Part shown: positions 1-7,979 of the stretch, piece by piece
Position numbering within the stretch: the stretch's first letter is position 1
Layout: the number at the start of each line of letters is the position of its first letter
NCBI GenBank assembly: GCA_039588275.1
Contig: JBDHAC010000079.1
Span: forward strand, 1 to 11,954
Origin: Gemmatimonadota bacterium
Lineage (GTDB): Bacteria > Gemmatimonadota > Gemmatimonadetes > Palauibacterales > Palauibacteraceae
DNA length: 11,954 nt
Direction of reading: 5' to 3'
Notes under the pieces: generated by a model
What the model was told of the DNA's origin: nothing
The model's input: the letters and a program-made list of their open reading frames with translations, nothing else
Databases searched by the model: none
Program-made: the position numbers and the translations under genes

Positions 1-14
1 CGGCTCTGAACCCG

Positions 15-125
15 GGCGCCGGGGGCTTGGCGCCGGGGGCTTGGTGCCGGGGCTTCGTGCCGGGGGTTTCGTGGGGGGGGCGTGGCGCCGGGGGCGTGGC
101 GCCGGGGGCTTCGTGCCAGGGGCTT
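15..125. repeat. G-rich degenerate 14-bp tandem repeat, about 8 copies (consensus GGCGCCGGGGGCTT)
   Basis: Units read directly: 15-28 ggcgccgggggctt, 29-42 ggcgccgggggctt, 43-55 ggtgccggggctt, 56-69 cgtgccgggggttt, 70-83 cgtggggggggcgt, 84-97 ggcgccgggggcgt, 98-111 ggcgccgggggctt, 112-125 cgtgccaggggctt. There are no unique spacers, so it is not a CRISPR array. Confidence 0.9.
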
Positions 126-284
126 CACGCAGAGCGGCGCGCGTCGGGGGCCTCGTTCAGAGTGCCGCGCGCCGGCAGGCTTGTCCGGGATGACCCAACG
201 TCCGCGCGACGCACGCCTGGCCGCTCTCCCCTCTTGCCGAGCGACCCGACTCGCCGGTCGCGGGAGGCACAGCCCGGTTAGCCG

Positions 285-1655
285 TCAGTCGGCGCCGGTT
301 TCCTGCGACAACGAGCGCGCCGCCTCAATCCCCTCCTCTTCGCGCACGGTCATGAGCGCGAGGAAACCCACCGCGAAGAAGACCACGATCGACCCCATCG
401 CCAACCGGTGGCTCTCGGTGGCCTGGAGAATGAGCCCGTAAGTGAGCGGCCCGAGCACGGACGCCAGCTTACCGGAGAACGCGTAGAATCCGAACAGCTC
501 GCCCTGCTTCCTCTCGGGCACGAACGAGCCCAACAGACTGCGGCTCGCGGCCTGGTTGGGACCGACCATCATCCCGACGGCGATCGCCGCGATCCAGAAG
601 GTCTTCGGGTCGGGCGCCCAGGCGCCGAACAAGGTGGCCGCGATCAGCACCACGATCGTGAACGCGATCGTCTTCTTGCCGCCGATGCGGTCGTTCACGA
701 ACCCGAACGCCATCGCGCTCAACCCGGCGGCGACGTTTACGGCGATGGCCATGATGAGGACGTCGCGCGTCTCCATCCCGTATACGCCGCCCACATAGAT
801 CGCAGCCATCGAGAACACCGTGACGAGGCCGTCATTGTAGATGAGCCGGGCGATCAGGAGCTTGGCCGCCTCACGGTACTGGCGCAGGTGCCCGAGCGTG
901 TCCCCGAGTCGGGCGAAGCCGCCCCGAACGTAGGCGCCGATCGAGGCGGAGCGACGCTCAGCGCGCTCGCGCACGACGGTCAGCATCGGGATCGAGAACA
1001 GGAGGAACCACCCCGCCACCAACAGGTTGGTAGCGCGCACGTGGAGGAAGTCCTCTTCCGGAAGCCATCCGGAGACCATGCCCAACGCGAGGGCGAGGCA
1101 CGCCAGCCCGCCGATGTAGCCGAGCCCCCAGCCGAAGCCGGAGATGCGCCCGATGTTCCGCCTGGTGGAGATCTCCGGCAGGAACGAGTTGTAGAACGCC
1201 TGCGTGATCTCGTACGCGACGTTCGCGAACACGAAGATCCCCGCCGCGAGGAGCGCGTCGCCTGGCTTCATCCAGAAGAGCGCCGAGGTCGCCAGCACGC
1301 ATGCGACGGTCGCCGTGAGAAGGAAGCGCTTCTTGCGCCCCGAGTAGTCGGCGATCGCGCCGAGGACGGGCATGATGAGCGCTACCAGGATCGCCGATAC
1401 CTGCACCGCCCGGGTCCACAGCACGCCTCCCCGGATCGGATCGTCGACGATGCGCTCCGCGAAGTACTGGCTGAAGATGAAGGTGACGATGAGCGTCGTG
1501 AACGCGGAGTTGGCGAAGTCGTACGACGCCCAGGCGACGATCTCTTTCCGCTCGACGGGCGGTTGACCGGTGTTTGTGTCCGCGGGTGGTCCGGCTTCGC
1601 CGTCCATGGGCGACCCGGCGTCGGTGTCCTCGGGTGGTCCGGCTTCGGTGTCCAC
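285..1655 (-). CDS. MFS transporter, UMF1/Atg22-like family
   Basis: 456 aa with about 12 hydrophobic segments. Family-typical motifs: WASYDFANSAF, PVLGAIADYSGRKKRF, FYNSFLPEI, GRISGFGWGLGYIGG, YNDG, NDRIGGKK, QAASRSLL and ELFGFYAFSGK. The GTG start is 6 nt downstream of the egtD stop; an alternative ATG lies at 1607. Confidence 0.92.
   Translation of the reverse strand: MDTEAGPPEDTDAGSPMDGEAGPPADTNTGQPPVERKEIVAWASYDFANSAFTTLIVTFIFSQYFAERIVDDPIRGGVLWTRAVQVSAILVALIMPVLGAIADYSGRKKRFLLTATVACVLATSALFWMKPGDALLAAGIFVFANVAYEITQAFYNSFLPEISTRRNIGRISGFGWGLGYIGGLACLALALGMVSGWLPEEDFLHVRATNLLVAGWFLLFSIPMLTVVRERAERRSASIGAYVRGGFARLGDTLGHLRQYREAAKLLIARLIYNDGLVTVFSMAAIYVGGVYGMETRDVLIMAIAVNVAAGLSAMAFGFVNDRIGGKKTIAFTIVVLIAATLFGAWAPDPKTFWIAAIAVGMMVGPNQAASRSLLGSFVPERKQGELFGFYAFSGKLASVLGPLTYGLILQATESHRLAMGSIVVFFAVGFLALMTVREEEGIEAARSLSQETGAD
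1557..1652 (-). repeat. In-frame 24-nt (8-aa) degenerate tandem repeat x4 in the MFS N-terminal tail
   Basis: Translates to DTEAGPPE / DTDAGSPM / DGEAGPPA / DTNTGQPP. Units 1 and 3 share the exact 16-mer gaagccggaccacccg at a 48-nt period. Confidence 0.8.
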
Positions 1656-1661
1656 TCCGGC

Positions 1662-2684
1662 TCAGGCCCGCCGTGCGAGGGCGACGGCGAACCAGTCGTG
1701 CGGATCGGTCTCCCAGCGCGCGACGCTCAGCCCAGCCTCGCGCAGGAGCGCTGCGGCGGACGCCTCTGTGTACTTGTGGCTCTGCTCGGTGCGGATTGTC
1801 TCTCCCTCGGCGAACCGGAACGAGGTGCCGAGCGCGGTCACGTAGACCTTCTGCCGTTTCGTCGAGACCAGGTGCATCTCCACGCGAGACACCGCGGGAT
1901 CGTAGAAGGCGCGGTGCTCGAAGCTCGCGAGGTCGAAGTCGGCCCCGAGCTCGCGGTTGAGGACGCGCAGGACGTTCAGGTTGAATTCCGCCGTGACTCC
2001 TTCCGAATCGTCGTAGGCGGCATCCAGAACGGCCCGGTCCTTCACCAGATCGAACCCGATCAGGAATCCGTCGCCCGCGCTCATCTCCCTCCCGACCCAC
2101 GACAGGAAGTCGACCGCCTCCTCGGATTCCAGGTTCCCGATCGTCGACCCGAGGAAGAGGATGAGCCGTCGTCCCTTCTCGAACGGGAGATCGACGGGAT
2201 CGTGAAAGTCCGCCAGCACGCCGATGAAGCTCAGCGATGGATAGGTGGCTACCAGCCCATCCGCCGAGGCGAGCAGGGCCGACTCGCTCACTTCGATGGC
2301 GCCGTACCCGACCAGCAGTCCTCGTGCTTCCATCTCGTCCAGCAGCACGCGGGTCTTCGAGGCGCTCCCCGAGCCGAACTCGACGAGCGCAGTGGGCCGG
2401 GTCGTGTCGATCAGGGTGGGGGCGATGCGTTCCAGGATCGAGCGCTCCACGCGCGTCTGATAATACTCGCGCAGCGTCGTGATCCTCTCGAATAGACGAG
2501 AGCCGGCCTCATCGTAGAAATACTTCGGGGGGAGCCATTTCGGGCTCGAAAGGAGTCCGCGCATCGCATCCTGCGGCAACTCCGCGAGCGGATCCAGGGC
2601 CCCGGACGGCCGGAGGATCGTGATCCGCCGCTCGGTGTCCGTGACCCCCGGCTCTGCTCTGGACCGCGATCCCGCGACAGTCAC
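1662..2684 (-). CDS. egtD: L-histidine N(alpha)-methyltransferase (hercynine synthase), Methyltransf_33 family
   Basis: Motifs: PKWLPPKYFYDEAGSRLFERITTLREYYQTRVE, SAM-binding LVEFGSGSASKT, FLGSTIGN, AYDDSEGVTAEFNLN, RVEMHL and RTEQSHKY. Start placed at GTG 2684 (AGAGGG 6 nt upstream, 340 aa) rather than 2843, because the extra upstream residues are not EgtD-like and would nearly abut the divergent gene. Confidence 0.92.
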   Translation of the reverse strand: MTVAGSRSRAEPGVTDTERRITILRPSGALDPLAELPQDAMRGLLSSPKWLPPKYFYDEAGSRLFERITTLREYYQTRVERSILERIAPTLIDTTRPTALVEFGSGSASKTRVLLDEMEARGLLVGYGAIEVSESALLASADGLVATYPSLSFIGVLADFHDPVDLPFEKGRRLILFLGSTIGNLESEEAVDFLSWVGREMSAGDGFLIGFDLVKDRAVLDAAYDDSEGVTAEFNLNVLRVLNRELGADFDLASFEHRAFYDPAVSRVEMHLVSTKRQKVYVTALGTSFRFAEGETIRTEQSHKYTEASAAALLREAGLSVARWETDPHDWFAVALARRA

Positions 2685-2861
2685 GCGCTGCCCTCTGTGG
2701 AGGCGAGGAAGACCGAGTCCGAGTTGCCTGGTCGACGGGCTCGCTGTCTCACGTATGGCTCCTCTCGTATCATCGGGGTCGGCCCAAAATCGGACCTGGT
2801 GTACTCCGGCGCGAGCGCGGAGTTCGCGAGAGGGCCGACGCAATCACCGGGAGTCAGCCGC

Positions 2862-3548
2862 TTGGTCGAATTCGTGGGCGTGAGCGCCGACCTTCAGGGG
2901 CAGCGGATCCTGACGGGTATCGATTTTCAGGTGGAGACCGGAGAGACGCTGGTCCTCCTCGGGCGGAGCGGCTCCGGCAAATCCACTACCCTACGGCTCG
3001 TGAACCGTCTCATCGACCCCGCGGCTGGCGAGGTCCGGGTGGACGGCAGACCCGCCACCGGTTGGGACCCGATCGCGCTGCGGCGCGGCATCGGGTACGT
3101 CATTCAGGAGGTCGGGCTCTTCCCGCACCTCACGGTCGCCCGAAACGTGGCGACCGTCCCGCGTCTGCTCGGGTGGGACGAGGGGCGCGTGCGCGACCGC
3201 ATCGACGAGCTCCTGGAGCGGGTCGGGCTGGCCCCCGCGCGCTTTCGCGCGCGCTACCCGCGTGAGCTGTCGGGTGGTCAACGGCAGCGGGTCGGAATCG
3301 CCCGGGCGCTCGCGGCCGAGCCCCCGCTGCTCCTGTGCGACGAACCCTTCGGCGCCCTCGACCCCGTCACCCGCTACGAGCTGCAGCGTGAATTCCACGG
3401 TCTGGGACGCGAGCTGGGGACGACGCTCCTGTTCGTCACGCACGATGTACGCGAGGCGCTGTTTATGGGAGACAGGATCGCCTTCCTCGAGGCGGGCGAG
3501 ATCCGTTTCCTGGGATCGACGGAGGGATCTGTCACCGCGCCCTCCTAG
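2862..3548 (+). CDS. ABC transporter ATP-binding subunit, osmoprotectant/betaine (OpuCA/OsmV/YehX-like) type; C-terminus probably truncated
   Basis: Walker A GRSGSGKS, Q-loop region LRRGIGYVIQEVGLFPHLTV, signature YPRELSGGQRQRVGIARAL, Walker B LLLCDEPFGALDP, H-loop FVTHD. Start placed at TTG 2862 (GGGAG upstream, 228 aa). The last residues (SVTAPS) are read out of frame from SBP-coding sequence. Confidence 0.88.
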   Translation: MVEFVGVSADLQGQRILTGIDFQVETGETLVLLGRSGSGKSTTLRLVNRLIDPAAGEVRVDGRPATGWDPIALRRGIGYVIQEVGLFPHLTVARNVATVPRLLGWDEGRVRDRIDELLERVGLAPARFRARYPRELSGGQRQRVGIARALAAEPPLLLCDEPFGALDPVTRYELQREFHGLGRELGTTLLFVTHDVREALFMGDRIAFLEAGEIRFLGSTEGSVTAPS

Positions 3549-4219
3549 CGGGCGAGATCGACGTGTACGTGGAGTACACCGGGACCGCGCTCACGGCGAT
3601 CCTCAAGCGCCCCCCGGTCTCGGATCCCGACTCCGCCTTCCGGGCGGTACGGACGGAGTACCTGGAGCGCTTCGAGCTCGAGTGGTTCGCACCGCTCGGG
3701 TTCGAGAACACGTTCGCTATGCTGGTGCGCCGATCCACCGCGGATTCGCTCGCCCTGCGCACGCTGACCGACGCCGCAACGCACTCGGACGGATGGGTGG
3801 CGGGCTTCGGGTCGGAATTCATGGAGCGGGCGGACGGATTCCCGGGGCTGAGCGAAGCGTACGGCTTCAAGCTTCGATCGCCGCCACGGGTCATGGATCT
3901 AGGGCTCCTCTACCGTGCGCTGGCGAGCGCCGAAATCGACCTGACGGCCGGGAACTCCACTGACGGGCGGATCGAGGCCCTCGATCTCGTCATGCTTCGG
4001 GATAACATGCGCTATTTCCCACCGTACGAGGGCGCCCTCGTCGCGCGACGCGCGGCCCTCGACCGCAACGCCGCCCTGCGGCCCGCTCTCGAGATGCTGA
4101 GCGGCAAGATCGACACTGACGAGATGCGGCGATTGAACCGGGCGGTGGATGTCGAGGGGCGGGACTACCGCGAGGTGGCCAGGGCTTGGGTGGAGCGCAC
4201 GCTCGTCGAGGCCGGATAG
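3527..4219 (+). pseudogene. N-terminally truncated glycine betaine/choline/ergothioneine-type ABC substrate-binding protein (OpuCC/OsmF/YehZ-like)
   Basis: The frame reads ICHRALLAGEIDVYVEYTGT from 3527, then PLGFENTFA, GSEFMERADGFPGL, MDLGLLYRAL, GNSTDGRI and YFPPY. There is no signal peptide, lipobox or N-terminal GSKxFTEQ-type segment. The ORF-track GTG at 3563 is an internal Val in a conserved motif. Confidence 0.8.
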
Positions 4220-4399
4220 CTCGACCTTCGGCCCGGAGACCGGGTATTCCTTCGCTGGACAGGGTCGGAAGCCGCGGATTAGCTTGGTGAAGATGCGGTT
4301 CGCACCCTGGAGCTCGGCGTGCGCCGTGCCCCCCGGGAAACCGCCCCCCCACCCGGATTCGTTGTATGAGCGGGTCCATGCTGAAATAGGATGCCTCAC

Positions 4400-6364
4400 A
4401 TGACCGATACAGACGATAGAGCGACCGGCAAACCGCGCGTCAGCGAGGCGGAGGCCCGTAAAGTCGCCGAGGCCGCGCGAGAGAAGGACTGGGCTCAATA
4501 TACTTTCGTCCGTGACCTCTTCCTGGGTCGCTTTCGACTCGACACCATCCATCCCTACCCCGACCCGAACGATTTCATCGGCGACCGGGCGAGAGAATGG
4601 ATCGAGGAGCTGCGCGTCTACCTACGCGACGAGGTCGACTCCGACCGGATCGACCGCGAGGGGAAGATCGACCCGGAGGTCCTCGATCACCTCCGGCAGA
4701 TCGGTGCGTTCGGCATCAAGATCCCCACCGAGTACGGCGGGCTCGGGTTCAACCAGAGCGAGTACGCCCGTGCGATGCAGATGGTCGGGACCGCCGACGG
4801 GAACCTCGTGGCGCTGCTCTCGGCACACCAATCGATCGGGGTCCCGCAGCCGCTCAAGACGTTCGGGACCGAGGAGCAGAAGAAGAAGTACCTACCGCGC
4901 TGCGCGGCCGGCGCGATCAGCGCGTTCTGCCTGACCGAGGACGACGTCGGTTCCGACCCCGCCCGGCTGAGCACCACCGCGACGCCGACGGAGGATGGCG
5001 AGGCGTACATCCTGAACGGCGAGAAGCTATGGGCCACGAACGGGACGGTCGCCGAGCTGTTCGTGGTGATGGCTCGCAACCCGGAGACGAAGAAGATCTC
5101 GGCGTTCATCGTCGACCTGGACTGGGAAGGCGTCGAGGTCGTGCGCCGGTGTCATTTCATGGGGCTCAGGGCGCTGGAGAACGGGATCGTCCGATTCACC
5201 AACGTGCAGGTGCCCAGGGAGAACCTGTTGCTCAAGGAGGGTCGCGGTCTGAAGCTGGCGTTGGTCACGTTGAACACCGGCCGGCTCACGATCCCCGCAT
5301 CCGCGGTCGGAGGAGCGCAGGCCGCGCTGGAGTACTGTCGGCGCTGGGCCGGCGAACGCGTGCAGTGGGGACAGCCGGTCGGGAAGCACGAGGCGGTCGC
5401 GCACTATCTCTCCTCGATGGCGGCCAACACGTTCGCCATGGAGGCGGTGGCCGAGCTTACCTCGATGATGGTGGACCGGGGCGAGTTCGACATCCGACTC
5501 GAGGCCGCGATCTCGAAGCTGTTCAACACCGAGATCGGGTGGAACCTGATCGATGACTCGATCCAGGTGCGCGGCGGGCGCGGATACGAGACGGCGGACT
5601 CGCTCAAGGCGCGTGGCGACGAGCCGGTGCCGGCCGAGCGCATGCTGCGCGACTTCCGCATCAACCGGATCTTCGAGGGCTCGAGCGAGATCATGCGGCT
5701 GTTCATCGCGCGCGAAGCGGTGGACAAGCACCTGAAGGTCGCCGGTGCGCTCGTGGATCCGAAGCTGAGCGCCGGCGCCAAGCTCAAGGCGCTGCCGGGA
5801 GCGGCGTTCTTCTACGCGACCTGGTATCCGAGACAGTGGCTGGGTTGGGGCTGGTGGCCGCGGTATGCGCAGTTCGGCGCCAACGCGAAGCATCTCCGTT
5901 TCGTGGAGCGGTCCAGTCGCCGGCTGGCGCGCACCATCTTCCACCTCATGATGCGGCACGGCGCGAAGCTGGAGCGCCGGCAGGGTCTGCTGTTCCGCGC
6001 GGTCGACGTCGGGGTGCAGCTCTTCGCGATCGCCGCGACAGTTCTCAAGGCCGAGATGATCGTGCGCACCGGCGCGGAAGGCGCGGCCGAAGCCCGCGGG
6101 CTCGCCGATCTGTTCTCTCGCGGAGCGCGACGTGAAGTGAAACGGCTGTTCGGGGCGATTCGGTCGAACGACGACCCGATGAGCTACGAAGTCGCGCTGG
6201 GCATCCTCGACGGCCGCTACACCTGGCTGGAGGACGGTGTCGTGGGGTTGCAGAAGCTCGCGCTCGCCGGCCTGGACGCTACGGCGTCACCGCCGGGATC
6301 ACCGCCGAAAGAGCCGGCGCAGGAGGCGCCGGTGGAGCCGGCGGCTACGGCCGAGACAGTCTGA
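4400..6364 (+). CDS. Long acyl-CoA dehydrogenase (FadE10/VLCAD-like)
   Basis: Motifs: [68 protein letters not shown] and [15 protein letters not shown] (catalytic Glu). The N-terminus [16 protein letters not shown]...LFLGRF resembles mycobacterial FadE10 (from memory). ATG 4400 has AGGA 8 nt upstream; ATG 4391 is the alternative start. Confidence 0.93.
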   Translation: MTDTDDRATGKPRVSEAEARKVAEAAREKDWAQYTFVRDLFLGRFRLDTIHPYPDPNDFIGDRAREWIEELRVYLRDEVDSDRIDREGKIDPEVLDHLRQIGAFGIKIPTEYGGLGFNQSEYARAMQMVGTADGNLVALLSAHQSIGVPQPLKTFGTEEQKKKYLPRCAAGAISAFCLTEDDVGSDPARLSTTATPTEDGEAYILNGEKLWATNGTVAELFVVMARNPETKKISAFIVDLDWEGVEVVRRCHFMGLRALENGIVRFTNVQVPRENLLLKEGRGLKLALVTLNTGRLTIPASAVGGAQAALEYCRRWAGERVQWGQPVGKHEAVAHYLSSMAANTFAMEAVAELTSMMVDRGEFDIRLEAAISKLFNTEIGWNLIDDSIQVRGGRGYETADSLKARGDEPVPAERMLRDFRINRIFEGSSEIMRLFIAREAVDKHLKVAGALVDPKLSAGAKLKALPGAAFFYATWYPRQWLGWGWWPRYAQFGANAKHLRFVERSSRRLARTIFHLMMRHGAKLERRQGLLFRAVDVGVQLFAIAATVLKAEMIVRTGAEGAAEARGLADLFSRGARREVKRLFGAIRSNDDPMSYEVALGILDGRYTWLEDGVVGLQKLALAGLDATASPPGSPPKEPAQEAPVEPAATAETV

Positions 6365-6389
6365 GCCCGAACCCTCTCGCCAGCGCCTC

Positions 6390-6412
6390 TCGGCCCGGAG
6401 CGTCCGGGCTGA
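6390..6412. terminator. GC-rich hairpin between convergent genes, possible bidirectional terminator or stabiliser
   Basis: tcggcccgga-gcg-tccgggctga forms a 10-bp stem with one G-U pair between the ACAD stop (6364) and the rhomboid stop (6428). There is no U-tract. Confidence 0.45.
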
Positions 6413-6427
6413 AGCCTGGATGCAGGT

Positions 6428-7201
6428 TCAGCCGGCAGACTCCGCCGTCCGCCGGCTGAATCGGGCCACGAAGGTCCGCTCGCGGTCCGTCAGGCTCGAC
6501 GGCCCCTCCGAGCGGATCTTTTCCGATATGCGCTCGTACTCCTCCCGATTCACCTCGTGGAGTCCCTCGGGCCGGATCCGATTCCACTGCTCGAGGAGCT
6601 GACGGTCCCCCATCTTCGCGCCGGGGCTCTCTGTCTTCTTCTGAAACCGTCGGGCGGCGGAGGTCCGCTTGCGCACCTTCAGGTAGAGCCAGCCCCCGAG
6701 GAACCCGCCCAGATGGGCGAAATGCGCGATTCCCCCGGCCGCGCCGCCGAACCCGGAGACGAGCGACAGCAGGGTGAGGAAGATGACGAAGATGCGCGCC
6801 TCGACCGGGACGATCCCCCAGATGAGGATCTGGTCGCGGGGCCAGTACATCGCGAACCCCAGCAGGACGCCGAACACCGCGCCCGAGGCGCCGACGATGG
6901 GTGCGTAGGGCGGGATCAGCGAGAGGACCGCCCCCATCACTCCACTCACCACGTACAGGCCCAGGAACTGCCGGCTCCCGAGCATCGCCTCCAGCCGCGG
7001 GCCAAAGAAGAAGAGGGCAATCATGTTGAACAGCAGGTGCATGAAGCCCCCGTGCAGGAACATGTACGTGAACGGGGTCCAGGGCCGCGTCAGCATGAGG
7101 GGGGGATACAACCACAGGTTGAAGAAGAGCTCGGATCCGCGCGGCACGAGCAGGTAGACGACCACGTTGGCCAGGAGCAGCTGACGGACGACGGGGGTCA
7201 C
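6428..7201 (-). CDS. Rhomboid family intramembrane serine protease with a soluble C-terminal extension
   Basis: Motifs: PWTPFTYMFLHGGFMHLLFNM, catalytic GASG and IAHFAHLGG (catalytic His). The charged tail ends in KIRSEGPSSLTDRERTF (DUF6576-like, from memory). GAGG lies 6 nt upstream of the GTG. Confidence 0.93.
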   Translation of the reverse strand: MTPVVRQLLLANVVVYLLVPRGSELFFNLWLYPPLMLTRPWTPFTYMFLHGGFMHLLFNMIALFFFGPRLEAMLGSRQFLGLYVVSGVMGAVLSLIPPYAPIVGASGAVFGVLLGFAMYWPRDQILIWGIVPVEARIFVIFLTLLSLVSGFGGAAGGIAHFAHLGGFLGGWLYLKVRKRTSAARRFQKKTESPGAKMGDRQLLEQWNRIRPEGLHEVNREEYERISEKIRSEGPSSLTDRERTFVARFSRRTAESAG

Positions 7202-7277
7202 GTGGGGCCTCGCGTTCCTAGCGAGAGCCCGGACGAGCGGGTCATGCGGGTCGTTCGACGCTCAAACTTGGTCACGC

Positions 7278-7979
7278 TCAGTCCCTGACGCGCTCGAGGA
7301 AGTCGGCCGCGAGTTGCGGCCCGACGCCGGCATCCTCGTGCTTGAAGAAGACATACGCTTCCTTCCAGGGTCCGTCGCGCAGCCGCGACGCCCAATCATC
7401 CAATTCCGCGTCGGTGTACTCGGTCTTCCGCAGCCGCAGGTACGCCCAGTCGGCGGTCGGCTCCGCGGGTGGGTCGGGGAGCTCGTCCGTTTGCGCGAGG
7501 CAGAGCGCCGAGTTCGCCGCGCGGAGGACTCCATACACCTCGTCCTCGAACCAGGATTCGTGTCGGAACTCGAACGCGGAACGGCCGGGGTTGGGCAGCT
7601 GCGCGACGAACGTCTCCAGCCGGTCGAGGTCTCGCTTGAAGTTGGGGGGCAGCTGGTAGAGGAGGACGCCGGCCCGGTCCGCCAGGGTCGCCGCGGTGCG
7701 GACCAGGTAATCCGTCTCCTCTTCGGCGCCGTTCAATCGCTTGAAGTGGGTGATCCGGCGCGACGCCTTGAGCGCGAACCGGAATCCGTCGGGGACCTGC
7801 TCCGCCCAGCCCTCGAGCACGCTGGCGCGCGGTAGCCGATAGAACGTGTTGTTGATCTCGACGGCGGGCAGCTGCCGCGAGTAATAGGACAGCATGGCGC
7901 TGGCCGGGAGGTCCTCGGGATAGAAGGTCCCCTTCCATGCCTTGTAGCTGTATCCGCTCGTGCCCGCCCATACCTGCAT
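7278..7979 (-). CDS. DUF72 family protein (YecE/YunF-like)
   Basis: Motifs: GTSGYSYKAWKGTFYP, VEINNTFYRLP, FALKASRRITH, LYQLPPNF, FEFRHESW, YLRLR and YVFFKHE. Confidence 0.93.
   Translation of the reverse strand: MQVWAGTSGYSYKAWKGTFYPEDLPASAMLSYYSRQLPAVEINNTFYRLPRASVLEGWAEQVPDGFRFALKASRRITHFKRLNGAEEETDYLVRTAATLADRAGVLLYQLPPNFKRDLDRLETFVAQLPNPGRSAFEFRHESWFEDEVYGVLRAANSALCLAQTDELPDPPAEPTADWAYLRLRKTEYTDAELDDWASRLRDGPWKEAYVFFKHEDAGVGPQLAADFLERVRD

Noticed and set aside
15..125. Tandem repeat as a CRISPR array, or the ORFs 27-281 and 82-441 over it as genes
   Set aside because: The units are 14 bp and adjacent with no unique spacers, and there are no cas genes. The ORFs are low-complexity translations of the repeat.
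408..2495. 695-aa plus-strand ORF, and other long overlapping ORFs such as 958-2100, 4597-5556, 5027-5959, 6557-7288 and 7937-8929
   Set aside because: These are antisense or alternate-frame shadows of well-supported genes. They are Arg/Gly/Pro-rich, show no recognisable motifs, and are expected in high-GC DNA.
2685..2861. SAM or other riboswitch upstream of egtD
   Set aside because: Fragments such as GAGAGG and GGCAAC resemble SAM-I elements, but I could not build the conserved helices. An Rfam/Infernal scan would settle it.
2697..2861. ORF-track long N-termini for the ABC ATPase (2697) and egtD (2843)
   Set aside because: The two extensions would overlap head-to-head and show no family similarity. 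Starts at 2862 and 2684 have SD-like sequences and fit the domain boundaries.
4220..4390. Possible structured ncRNA between the SBP and the ACAD
   Set aside because: Only short GC hairpins are present (for example cccgg-aga-ccggg), with no tRNA, riboswitch or terminator pattern that I can support.
7198..7245. uORF MTRSSGLSLGTRGPT overlapping the rhomboid start (GTGA)
   Set aside because: It has no Shine-Dalgarno sequence, such overlaps arise by chance whenever codon 2 begins with A, and the rhomboid has its own GAGG.
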